Position numbers and translations under genes: made by a program. Positions 20,545 through 30,509 of a stretch of 64,000 nucleotides of DNA are shown here, piece by piece. Each line of letters opens with the position of its first letter. Position 1 is the first letter of the stretch. The stretch comes from Pelagomonas calceolata (Eukaryota): positions 1,054,001-1,118,000 of the forward strand of contig CAKKNE010000006.1 of NCBI GenBank assembly GCA_918797485.1, read 5' to 3'. The notes under the pieces are model-generated. The model saw only the letters and a program-made list of their open reading frames with translations, did no database searches and had not been told where the DNA came from.

Positions 20545-22314
20545 CTACCCCAAACAAGGCCCAAACTTCGCCCCCTCCACGACGACGACGACGTACGACG
20601 CCGGCGCCAGCGTCAGCGGCCCGCCCGCGACGCGCCGCGGCACCAGCTCCGCGTCGACCGTATTCAGCAGAACACCGTTCAGCAGCACCCGATCGTCGAA
20701 GACGTCCAACGGCGCCGTCATGTGGTACTCGAGGCGCGATAAGGACGCGAACTCGTCGGGCAGCGCGACGCGCCGCGCGACGCGAGACGCCCCGTTCAAC
20801 ACAACCAGTGAAACGTCGCCGATTTGTGTCCGGTGGCAGTGCGCGTAGGCCCGACAATCGGCCACGGGCGCGGGCGCGTAGGCATCCTCGATTGATGGAT
20901 CACGGATCTGGGCGCTTAAAACGCGGGGCCCCATGACCGCCGCCCACAGCTTTGTAGCAAAGTAATCAGGCCGCGGCACCAGGCGATCACCAAGACGCCT
21001 CGTCAACCCATAATGACCGCCAACTAATGCCTGCCTACAATGAACTTGGATGGACTTCTTGGCCGATTCCCCGAGCTCGTCCAGATACCAAAACGCCGAC
21101 GCGAAGGAGGACGTCACATTTATCCCACCAGACCCATACATGCCGCCGGCCTCCGTGATCCACAGCGGCGTATCCCGGGAGGCCTTCGTGTAGGCGTTCA
21201 CGAACGCATAAAAGCCCCGGCCCAGCGGCCAGGCGCTTCCCAGAATTTTATCGAATAATTTTTTCTTGAACGGTCTCCATAACTTACCAGCGCCGAGCCA
21301 GTACAAATGAAACGCTAACGCATCGACGTTCGCTTCTTTTTCGAAGTTTGAGTAGAAATCGTAGGCCCTCTCCAGAGGCAGCTGGCAGTCCGGGCCGACG
21401 ACGTAGGGTCGTCCTTTGGAAGATATAGACGTCCTCGTCCCTTCAAATAAAGCGTCTATTTCCACCCGTAGTCGCCGGAAGTCGGCCGCCAACTCTGCCG
21501 GTGATAGGTGCGCGGCGATGCCGCCCTGGCCACACAGCTCGTTGCCCAATGAGACGGCGGCCAACGCGCCCCGTCCACGCTTCGCATGAAATGCGGCTCG
21601 TTGCAGCAACGACCGCGCGCCTCCACTAGTAGCGGACCATCTGCCGGTCCAGCACTTGTCGCAATTTTTAGAGTCGCACTTGGGGCACGCGCCTTCCTCT
21701 CGTACGCGACCGTGGAGGCCCGAGAGGCCAAAAACTAAGGGTGTTTTCGTATCGTAAGCGAGCGTTTCTATCGCATCGTACAGGTCTAAGGTGACGCACG
21801 CCCCTTCGAACGCCGCCCGGTCGCCGGCCGGTCGGAAACTTGATGGACAGGACATGTCGAACGGGCTCGCTCGATCTTCCGAATCATAAGCTACTAAATC
21901 CTGCAGCGTGCCGCCGACCCTTAACGCCACGGGGTGCAACGAAGCGAGAGCTCTCTTCAGCTCGGTCCGCACCTCCTGCAAGGCGACGACGCTCGACGCG
22001 TTCCAGGTGTGGTGGCTCCAATCTACTTTTTCATCGGGCCACCAGTCCAAAGACACACACACGTAGGGCGCGTCGGTCGTCGCCACGAGCTTGTTCTGTA
22101 TTTTAAGCAAGACGTTCTCGCCCTTGACGCGCATGGGCCGCGGCCGCGGCGTCGCGTGGCGCGGGTGCGGCCGGTTGTGGTGGATGGTCTCGTGCGGATC
22201 CCTATGATCGAACTCGAGCTGCGTCGCCAGTAATGCCAGGCAGGTGATCAACGTGGCCACCACCGCTATGACCATACGGGGCGTCGCAACCGCTACACCA
22301 TGCGGGCGGCCCAT
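20545..22314 (-). CDS. Heparanase-like glycoside hydrolase family 79, N-terminal membrane anchor
   Basis: SLDWWP, LRVGGTLQD, acid/base LGNEL, nucleophile WITEAGG, FWYLDELG and CRQALVGGHYGL. Confidence 0.9.
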   Translation of the reverse strand: MGRPHGVAVATPRMVIAVVATLITCLALLATQLEFDHRDPHETIHHNRPHPRHATPRPRPMRVKGENVLLKIQNKLVATTDAPYVCVSLDWWPDEKVDWSHHTWNASSVVALQEVRTELKRALASLHPVALRVGGTLQDLVAYDSEDRASPFDMSCPSSFRPAGDRAAFEGACVTLDLYDAIETLAYDTKTPLVFGLSGLHGRVREEGACPKCDSKNCDKCWTGRWSATSGGARSLLQRAAFHAKRGRGALAAVSLGNELCGQGGIAAHLSPAELAADFRRLRVEIDALFEGTRTSISSKGRPYVVGPDCQLPLERAYDFYSNFEKEANVDALAFHLYWLGAGKLWRPFKKKLFDKILGSAWPLGRGFYAFVNAYTKASRDTPLWITEAGGMYGSGGINVTSSFASAFWYLDELGESAKKSIQVHCRQALVGGHYGLTRRLGDRLVPRPDYFATKLWAAVMGPRVLSAQIRDPSIEDAYAPAPVADCRAYAHCHRTQIGDVSLVVLNGASRVARRVALPDEFASLSRLEYHMTAPLDVFDDRVLLNGVLLNTVDAELVPRRVAGGPLTLAPASYVVVVVEGAKFGPCLG

Positions 22315-22682
22315 TTTGGGCAGTGCTGCCTGCTGTCCGGAGCGCTCTTGAATTGCCAAACTTTTCAGCCGCTGCAAGCTGCCATGTCACGCATGTATCG
22401 AAGCGTTAATCTGTGCGTCTGAATTGCAGCAGACTGAGATATGCAAGTTTTTTTTTTTTTTGCCTCGAAAAAACCCGCCGCGCACAGCCAAGCAAGCTTT
22501 TACGCGACGCGCGCGCGTAGCGAGGATCAGTGGTGCTCTGCGCAGCGTTCGAGGCCTTACTGATCCTTCCGCAGCCGTCGTCCAAGTTCTGCGAAGGCTA
22601 GAGCACGGCAAAGCTGAGCACCACCTCCAAGCCATCGACGCGATATCTCCATTGTCTGCTCGATAGCGTTGCGCAAAATAAG

Positions 22683-24203
22683 ATGTCGACGGCCTCCGAC
22701 GAGCCGCCGGCCCCGCCCCGCCTGCCGCGCGCCGTATCACAAGCGACCGCGCCGCCGCGCGCGTGGCCGGCGACGCACGTCGCGCGCTGCGCCTTGAAAA
22801 GGGGCGACCGGCGCGTCTACTTCGCGAGTGTCGAGGGCGAGATCTGGAGGTATGATGTGTTGAAGGACGCGTGTGACGCGTGCTGGACGTCCGGGCGTAT
22901 CGTACTAGCGTTAGCACATCGCGGGGACGTGTGTCTGGCCCTGGAGCGCCACGCCACGGAGATCTATCTCGCGGCCTACGACTGCGCACGTTCAAGAATA
23001 GTGGGACGGCAAAGAAGAGTCGGGACCGGCAGCGACGGATCCTTAGATTGCACCGACAATTACACCTTAGTAAGTGTGGGACGCGACGTCGCTTTATACA
23101 AGAACAGCGAACCCTGCTGGCGCGTCCGCAATTTAGGAGATGTCCTGACGGTGGCCTTGTCGTCGCGCGGCGCCGCCGTCGCGTGCCGCGAGGGCGCTTG
23201 GCTTATCGAGCGTTCAAATCCTAAGAATGCGCGCGTCCTCGACTCGAGCACGGGCGACGCATCCATCGTCGCGACGGACGCAGTGATCGTGCTCGCGCGT
23301 CATCGGACGCTGACGTTGTTCTCGGGGGACGGTTCGAAGCGGCTCCACGTGTTCGAGCTCGGCGCGCCGCTAGCAACGGCTTCCGTGAAGCTGGCCTTCG
23401 GACGGGACGGCGCTCTACTTACATTAACGTGGAGGAGTCTGGAAGTCCGAAGAGACGGGGCCTTACAAACGAGCGAGACGGCGCCGCCGTCCACACCGCA
23501 GGAGCAGCAACATGTCTTGCTGCGCCGATTAGTTAAAAGAGTGACAATTGGTGTGCCCGACGAGTTCGGTTCCGCACTCCTACCTCCTGACGACGCGGGA
23601 CACCACTGGCCCGACGCGACGCGTGTCGACGACTTCGACGAAATGGGCGACGACTTTAGCGACGAGGACCACGTCGACGACGTCACGTCCACGGAATCGG
23701 TCCTGGATGACGTGCGGCGGCAGCGCGTGAAGTGCCGGAGGGCCCAGACGGCAACGCAACAGGAGCCGCGGCTTAGATATAGATCCGTGCTCCAGGACGA
23801 TTTTAGACCGGGCCGCGGCAACGCCCTGCAGGCCTGCGTCGCGTCGTTATTTGGCTTGGAGCTCCAGGACGTCCCGAACTTCGTCACTTTACCGGAAGGC
23901 TACGAGGCCTCGATCCGAGCCTTCTGCGACGTGCGGCGCGTCGCGTTCGAAAAGTTTTCCGTGATGGACATCCCCGAGGCTTATGACGGGCGCATGTGCA
24001 TCTTGCGGGGCAAGTCGCCGCGGGGCGACTTCGGGCACGTCGTCGTGGCGCGCTTCGTGGGCAGCTGCGACACGTCTTTACATAAAATGCTCCTGACGGA
24101 CGCCGGGGCGTTTCGGCTGGTCCACGACCCGCACCCGTCGTCGGAGTTCCTCGACGAGGGCGAGGCGTGCGCGTGGGCCATGTTCTTTTCGGAACAGAAC
24201 TAA
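22683..24203 (+). CDS. Hypothetical protein: beta-rich N-terminus plus C-terminal papain/C39-like module
   Basis: 506-aa ORF. The C-terminus reads GNALQACVASL..VPNF..GKSPRGDFGHVVV..HDPHPS. Confidence 0.7.
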   Translation: MSTASDEPPAPPRLPRAVSQATAPPRAWPATHVARCALKRGDRRVYFASVEGEIWRYDVLKDACDACWTSGRIVLALAHRGDVCLALERHATEIYLAAYDCARSRIVGRQRRVGTGSDGSLDCTDNYTLVSVGRDVALYKNSEPCWRVRNLGDVLTVALSSRGAAVACREGAWLIERSNPKNARVLDSSTGDASIVATDAVIVLARHRTLTLFSGDGSKRLHVFELGAPLATASVKLAFGRDGALLTLTWRSLEVRRDGALQTSETAPPSTPQEQQHVLLRRLVKRVTIGVPDEFGSALLPPDDAGHHWPDATRVDDFDEMGDDFSDEDHVDDVTSTESVLDDVRRQRVKCRRAQTATQQEPRLRYRSVLQDDFRPGRGNALQACVASLFGLELQDVPNFVTLPEGYEASIRAFCDVRRVAFEKFSVMDIPEAYDGRMCILRGKSPRGDFGHVVVARFVGSCDTSLHKMLLTDAGAFRLVHDPHPSSEFLDEGEACAWAMFFSEQN

Positions 24204-24366
24204 TGGCCGCCGACGCCCGAAGCGGAGGCTTTTGCCGGTGGCGCTGAAAATTTATACCTAATGTACATATGTTGTCTATACTACTTGTCATCCACTGGCA
24301 CGCCATCGACGCGAAATCCCCGTACTACTATAGACTAAGACGAACACGTTTTTTTAGGCAACTCGA

Positions 24367-24904
24367 CTAGAGGCCGAGCTTCGTGCGGCGCCAGTGCCGC
24401 CGCTTCGAGTTCCAGCGGATCTTGTTGCCCGTGCGCATGCGGATCCACTGGGGGATGGGCCGGTTCTGGGCCATCTTCTTCGCGAGCGTCCGCTTCGTGC
24501 GGAAGGTCTTGTGGGACGGCTGCGGAGGGGCGCGGCGGGTGAGCGGTTTGCGCGGGGCGTGGCGTGCTCTCGGGAGTTTGGTGTGTGTTGCGAGCGCAGG
24601 CGGGCGTCTCGGTGGCGCTTTTTGGCGTCGGCCGGTCCACCGCTCCGCCGCTCCGCTCGTTCGCGGCACACACAAGCGTCAGGGATTTGCGCGATGACGC
24701 AGCAAGGTCGTGTGGCTCGCGGTGGGCCCCGGAACTGCTCGCGCGCGGGCTAAGGGCCGCGCCGCAGCCCTATGAGGCCATGGAGCTGAGGCCGGCCCGC
24801 GCTCGCTGACTGCGGCGTTTCGTTGCAAACCGGCTCGTGGCGCCATCGATAGTCCTTATAGGCGTCGCGCACGCGTGTCGGTTAGTTGTGTCGTAACGTA
24901 CCAT
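24367..24904 (-). CDS. RPL39: 60S ribosomal protein L39 (eL39); exons 24904-24902 (ATG) and 24519-24367
   Basis: [51 protein letters not shown] (51 aa). CACCATG|GTACGT...CCGCAG intron at 24520-24901. Confidence 0.95.
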
Positions 24905-25268
24905 GGTGCCGTAAATTGGCCTCGCTGATCAGCAGGACCGCCAACTCTAGTGGCAGGAAGCTATTGCCGACAGCCGAAGCGCCGCTCGCCGTCATTGACG
25001 ACGTCGTCTTGGACCGTCTCGCGCCTCCACAGCTTCCAAAGCGACGCCCAAAACCCGCGAGTTTTAAACAATCTACCAATCCAATCTATGGAGTAACAGC
25101 TACTACTGCCTATTAAACTTCGAGTACGAATGGTATTGAAAAACACCAGGTCTGTGATGTGCTCTCAGGGGGATCTTATCTTACCTGTACCTCAACCCAG
25201 GCGACGTCCCGCGCGTCGGCTTGAGTGTTGACTCAAGCTCTCGTGCGGACGTCCGCTCAGGTGTTGGT

Positions 25269-27657
25269 TCAGGCGTCGCGTTTGGCCCTTTTCGCCGCGC
25301 GTTCAGCGCGGGTCGCCCACTGGCCCGTCGACGCAGACGAGGCGCGGCCGCGTTTCTTCCCGTTCGCGACGCGGCCGTCTCCCGGAGGCTCGGCGAAGCC
25401 CTCGGCACGGAGCCGGTCGCCCAGCATCCGCTCGAGGTCCAGCGCGTCGACACGCGCCGCGATCGCGTCGCAGACGACGTCGTCCAGGACGCCGTCCCGC
25501 TCGCGCAGCTTCACGAGTTCGCGTCGAACCTCCGTCGACCGAATCTTCGACAGCTCGCGCGCCAGCGTCTGCGAGACGACCCAGCGCACGCGGCACTGCT
25601 CGATCGTCTCTCTGAGAACGACCCGAATCGTGGGACCGCCGCCGGCCGCGGGGCCGCCGCCGGCCGCCTGCCGCATCATCTCTTCTAACACGTCCGGCGG
25701 CGGCGGCACGGCGAGGCACACGGCGCGCGTCGGGTAGTTGAGCGCCTCGCGGCCGCGCGCCATCTGCGCGATGTCGGCTACGAGCGCCGCCACGTGCACA
25801 TCGCTGTAGGTTGCTTCCAGCCTCGACCCGTCGCCGAGGTACACCCGCACCCGAAACGTATCGTAGCGACCCGCCACGCACGCGAACTCGGTCCCGTACC
25901 TCGCGAAGTTGCCGCCGCGGCCCGAGGCCTCGTGGGCCGCCCGTTTCTCGGCCCACCGGGCCTCCGTGGCCGCGCGGCGCCGCGCGATGCCCGCCCACCA
26001 CGCGCTGTCCCGGTCCTCGACCTGTGTGGAAATCAAACTTCGGACGCCCCACGGAACCTAACTCACTGGTTGATTTCCACACATACCTCGACCATGCGCC
26101 GGAACACGCCGCCCGGCGCCCAGCCCTCCTCGAGCAGCTTCTCGAGCGCCTCCCGCATCGCCCCGTCCTCCAGCGACTTGCGGAAGACGCCGTCCGGGTC
26201 CGCCCAGAGCTTCTTCATAAACCGCGACCTGTGTGGAAATCAAATTTCAGGCGTCCCACGCCATCGACACGACGTCGTCCCACGCCATCGACACGACGTC
26301 GTCCCACGCCATCGACACGACGTAGTCCCACGCCATCGACGCGACGTCGCCCCGTGACTGCGTCTTCTCAATGGCGTGGAGGTTTACGATGGTCTCCACA
26401 ATAATTCTCAGTATCACCGTCTGAATGGCCTCAAAATCGGAAAAGAAACCACCCACGACCTCCTCTCCTAGAGACGACGCGCGTCGATGGCGTGAAGGCG
26501 CCGCAGCACCGCGGGCAACTCCTGGTTGATGATTTCCACGCAGACCGCTACGTCTCCTCCCTCGCCTCGGCGATAACGTCGGCGTCGTTGGCGTACATGC
26601 GGCGCCAGTAATTGATCTCGCCGCCGGCGCCCAGCACCGTCATCCCCAGGTGCTTCGCGATGGCCGTGAGGCAGCGGTCCGAGGCCACGATGTGCTTCTC
26701 GAAGTCGAGGTGGCCCCAGCAACCCCGGTAAATCAAAGTCCCCGCCATGGGATGGATGTGGCGGCCGAGGTTGTTCACGGCGTCGCCGAACACCGCCTCC
26801 ATCGCAGCGCACGCGTCCTCGCCCCACGTCGCCACGGCCGGCTTCTCGCCGTGGGCCAGCTCGTAGATCAAGAACGTCACGGCGATGGCTTCGAGGTGGA
26901 CCTCCATGAGCGCGTCGGCCCGCTCGGCGCCGCCGCACGCCCGGCGGAACTCGGTCGAGGGCGTGATCGAGTTGTCGTTGTCGTCCTTCTTCCTCATCAA
27001 GATCGGGTAGATGTCCTGGACGAAGCCCCCATTCTTCTCCGCGTCGCCCTTCGCGATCTCGTCGTGCTTCTCCGTGCTCTTGATGAAGGAGTTCGGGCCG
27101 ATGACCTTGCCCACGCACACGTTCGCCTTGTTGGTCTTGCCGTCCCGCAGGTGGTCGTCGGTGTCGGGGTCGAAGCACATGATGTGCGCGATCGCCTCGT
27201 TCAGCAGCTCCGCGAGGGAGTTGACGTCCGACTGCGACGGCTCCAGGCCGTATTTCTTGGCCAGATCGGCGACCTTCTCCCGTAGCTCCTGGAGGCGCTT
27301 CCATAACGCCTCGATGACCTCGGGCGGCGCGTGGACGCGGAAGGTCTCGCCGCCGGTCTCGAGCACGAAGGGCGGTTCCGTCGAAGCGTCGCCCTCGACG
27401 CCGTCGCCGTCCTTGCGGAAGACGCTGCTCAGGTCAAATTCTTCTAAGTTAATGCCGGCGCGCTTCAACGCCTCGAGCTTCTCGGCGCTGTCGCCGACGC
27501 GGCTCCACTGGGCGAGTTTGCGCTTCCATAGCTGCTCCCGCAGGCGCGCGCGGGCCTCGCCGCCCCGCAGGCCGGCGCCACTTTGATAGAGTTCGCTCTG
27601 CTGCGTCGTTTCAACCTGAGCGCGGCGGCGCTTGGCCGTGCGGTTGGCTCTACCCAT
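25269..27657 (-). CDS. Hypothetical protein (~664 aa); exons 27657-26552, 26228-26093, 26021-25269
   Basis: Removing two TIR/TSD elements fuses three pieces into one continuous frame (..AREETSRFMKKLWADPDG..FRRMVEDRDSAWWAG..). Confidence 0.72.
26022..26092 (-). mobile_element. TIR-family introner (63-bp element plus TSD copy)
   Basis: TIR (A)TGTGTGGAAATCAA / TTGATTTCCACACAG. TSD GTCGAGGT / GTCGAGGA. Confidence 0.88.
26229..26551 (-). mobile_element. TIR-family introner (315-bp element plus TSD copy)
   Basis: TIR CTGCGTGGAAATCA / TGATTTCCACACAG. TSD GTAGCGGT / GTCGCGGT. Contains an internal tandem repeat. Confidence 0.9.
26255..26347. repeat. Short tandem repeat, ~4 copies of CCCACGCCATCGAC(A/G)CGACGT(CGT), inside an introner
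   Basis: Directly visible in the sequence. Confidence 0.9.
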
Positions 27658-28191
27658 TTTTGTGCTTCCTTTTGGCGCAGCGGCGGCGGGCGGCGGCGGA
27701 AAAGCAGGCAGTTGTTTTGGGCGTACGGCGGCGCGAGGACGCTTCCGTTCGCGGCGGCGTCTCTTGAGCAGCGAAGACAGCTGTCGGGAGCACTGCTGCG
27801 CGGCGTTATGTAGCGTGCGGCCGCGATTGCGTGCTGTATATGCAGGCAATTGCGAGGACGAACCGCCAGATCTAGCGGCGTAAGACACTAGCTCCAGCTC
27901 TCGTCGAGGCGCCCGCGCCAGCTTGTGGAGGCGTCCAGCGAGACCTCGAGAAGCCTCAAGGGTTCCCAAAACACCGCTCCTAAACCCGAACCATTTTTTG
28001 GGTAAGCAATCGCCATAGCCTTTTTTGTCGTCCGCGCTGCTCTTGTAGAGTACCGCCGGTCACCACAGCTGGTCAATAGAGGTCCCAGCCAGCCACCCGA
28101 GCCGCCGCCGCCGCCGCGCCGCGCCGCCCGGAGACGCAGATACAGAGTAGATCAGCGACATCACATAAAGTAGATCAGCGCGCCATAAACC

Positions 28192-28782
28192 ATGCCGAAG
28201 ACGTCGTTCCTCCGCAACTACTCCAAGACGTCGAAGACGCCCCGCCGCCCCTTCGAGAAGGAGCGCATCGACGGCGAGCTCAAGCTCGTCGGCGAGTACG
28301 GCCTGCGCAACAAGCGCGAGCTCTGGCGCACGCAGCTCGCGTTGGCCAAAATCCGCAAGTCGGCGCGCGCTCTCTTAACGTTGGAACCCAAGGACCCCAA
28401 GCGCATGTTCGAGGCGCCCGCTTTATTGAGGAGATTGCAGAGGTACGGCCTCGTCGAGGACTCCGAGATGGACCTCGACTCCGTCCTCCAGATGACGACG
28501 CAGCGGCTGCTCGAGCGCCGCCTGCAGACGAAGGTGTTCAAGCAGGGCCTCGCCAAGAGCATCCACCACGCGCGCGTGCTCATCAAGCAGCGCCACATTA
28601 GAGTGGGCAAGCAAGTTGTTAATGTCCCGTCGTTCATGGTCCGGTTGGACAGCGAGAAGCACGTCGACTTCGCGGCGACGTCGCCCTACGGCCAGGGCCG
28701 GCCGGGCCGCGTGGCCCGCAAGCGGGCCGCGGCCAAGGCCGCGGCCGGCGGCGGCGGCGACGGCGGCGAGGAGTCGGACTAG
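28192..28782 (+). CDS. RPS9: 40S ribosomal protein S9 (uS4)
   Basis: [50 protein letters not shown]. Confidence 0.97.
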   Translation: MPKTSFLRNYSKTSKTPRRPFEKERIDGELKLVGEYGLRNKRELWRTQLALAKIRKSARALLTLEPKDPKRMFEAPALLRRLQRYGLVEDSEMDLDSVLQMTTQRLLERRLQTKVFKQGLAKSIHHARVLIKQRHIRVGKQVVNVPSFMVRLDSEKHVDFAATSPYGQGRPGRVARKRAAAKAAAGGGGDGGEESD

Positions 28783-28889
28783 ATACTTACGGGGCGTGTA
28801 AACTAGACTTATCTTCCTTGCTACTTCTTTTCTGCCTCCTCCGGCGTCATCGCATCCATCGCCTCGCCGAGGGAGAAGGGAGTTGTTAA

Positions 28890-30212
28890 TTATGACGCCT
28901 CCGGCGGCGCCTCCCTCCGGACGCACCCGTCCGAGTCGTCCGGCGCGAAGACCAAACGTCCCTCATCCAATTCAACCTGGTACGGGGCGTAGAAACCTTG
29001 CGCGAAGCCATCCTCGGTGTACCAGAGCTTGATGACCGTGCCGGATTCCCAGTGATTCGGGCCCCCACAGCATATGACTCTATCACCCACTTTGAACCTG
29101 AGTGGGGTCTCGCGGGAGCGGAGTACTTCTCGCGCCTCTTGCAAATCGCGCTCAATCCCCGCTGTGATCGGGTGCGCGCCACCGAGCACGCGCCGCGCGG
29201 TCGGTTCTATCTCCTCGAGCATCGACACGGCCTCGCGAAGATCGTCAAGCGTTTTGGCAGGGTCCTCGCAGAGCGCCCGATTGCAAGCCATCCTCATCCT
29301 AAATTGGAGATCATCACTCTCAGCGAGAACGCGCCGCGCGACGGGTATCATCTTGCGTAGCAATGCCTTGGCTTCTGCGTAGCGATGTAGATTAGAGAGG
29401 GTAATCGCGCAGGACGTGGCTTCTCTGAGCGTCTCTTCATGTGCATCGCCCTTTAGCTTCAACCATCTAGAATATGTGTCTTGCCGCATCGATAGTGCCT
29501 CCTCGAAACGTCCGAGCAAATCATACGTGTTCGCGATATTGCTCTGCGCGACGAGCATCTGTCCTTCTGGTACGCCAATGCGCCGCAGCGTGGAAAGCTC
29601 CGCCTCTTGCACGGACAACGCGTCCTCGTAGTGCTCTGAAGCGAGTAAACCGCGCCCAAGCTGCCCCATTGCACACCACCGAGTCCAGTCCGCCTCCGGC
29701 CGCCCCAAGTACGTCTTCCAGCAAGCCCAGCCAAGCGCACAGGACACGACGCCGTGGTAGTCCTGCTCGCACAAACTGCACTTGTACCACCGATGCCACT
29801 GCGTGTCGTCCAAATTGTTCTCCTCGCTCTCCGCGACCAAAATCTTCGCCTGCTCCGCCAGACACGACACGTGCGCGAAGCCCGCCGTTCCACGGCACGC
29901 ACACCCGCGCACGAGGCCCTCCTTCGTCTTCCAGTGGAGCGCCTGCGTGCAGATGTAGCACGTCTGGCCCTTCGTGTCCTCGGCGCACGCCTCCGCCGCG
30001 ACAACGACAGCCTCTGTGTACTTCTTATTCGCATTGTACTGCTCGGCGCCGCCGCCTCTCCTTATTTTCTTGCAGAGCTGGTCATGGCCGCCTGCCTCCC
30101 AGTGTTGTTTCTGGCAGTCGGCGCCGCAGTAGCGCGTCTTGCAGCGGCTGCATTGCTTGGCTGAGAGTGGTGGGAGCTCGGCGGCGCAGACGGGGCATTG
30201 CGTGAGGATCAT
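28890..30212 (-). CDS. MYND zinc finger + RING-variant + TPR repeats + SH3-like C-terminal domain
   Basis: CPVC..CSRCKTRYCGADCQKQHW..HDQLC, CYIC..GCACRGTAGFAHVSCL..WYKCSLC, RRVLGGAHP and LRFKVGDRV. Confidence 0.85.
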   Translation of the reverse strand: MILTQCPVCAAELPPLSAKQCSRCKTRYCGADCQKQHWEAGGHDQLCKKIRRGGGAEQYNANKKYTEAVVVAAEACAEDTKGQTCYICTQALHWKTKEGLVRGCACRGTAGFAHVSCLAEQAKILVAESEENNLDDTQWHRWYKCSLCEQDYHGVVSCALGWACWKTYLGRPEADWTRWCAMGQLGRGLLASEHYEDALSVQEAELSTLRRIGVPEGQMLVAQSNIANTYDLLGRFEEALSMRQDTYSRWLKLKGDAHEETLREATSCAITLSNLHRYAEAKALLRKMIPVARRVLAESDDLQFRMRMACNRALCEDPAKTLDDLREAVSMLEEIEPTARRVLGGAHPITAGIERDLQEAREVLRSRETPLRFKVGDRVICCGGPNHWESGTVIKLWYTEDGFAQGFYAPYQVELDEGRLVFAPDDSDGCVRREAPPEAS

Positions 30213-30509
30213 TGTCCTTTTTTGGGGCAGCTTTTTGGGGCAGCTCCTTGTGTGCGTCTCACGACGACGGAGAGCGCCGAAATCCGCACCCAGGCACGCG
30301 TACCGCCGATGCTTCTGCGACGGGGCGACGCCTCGGCGAGCCGGTAAAAATCGCACAAAACCCGACCAAAATCAGCTTTTCATGTTGCGTAAAAAAAGAC
30401 GCCACGCGCGTCCGGAAGGCAGCTTAGCGCTGCGTTACGCGGCTCAGAGCGCGCCTCTGCAACGCCCTTCGACCGCTGTGCCCGCGCGCGTGCCGCACCT
30501 AGCTCTCCA

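Noticed and set aside
24520..24901. Intronic snoRNA in the RPL39 intron
   Set aside because: No convincing C/D boxes seen. H/ACA cannot be judged by eye and would need a covariance-model search.
26255..26347. CRISPR-like repeat array
   Set aside because: The units are adjacent with no unique spacers, there are no cas genes, and the context is a eukaryotic intron.
26548..27969. 473-aa ORF as a complete standalone gene
   Set aside because: Its stop codon lies in the TSD copy of an introner, and splicing extends the frame.
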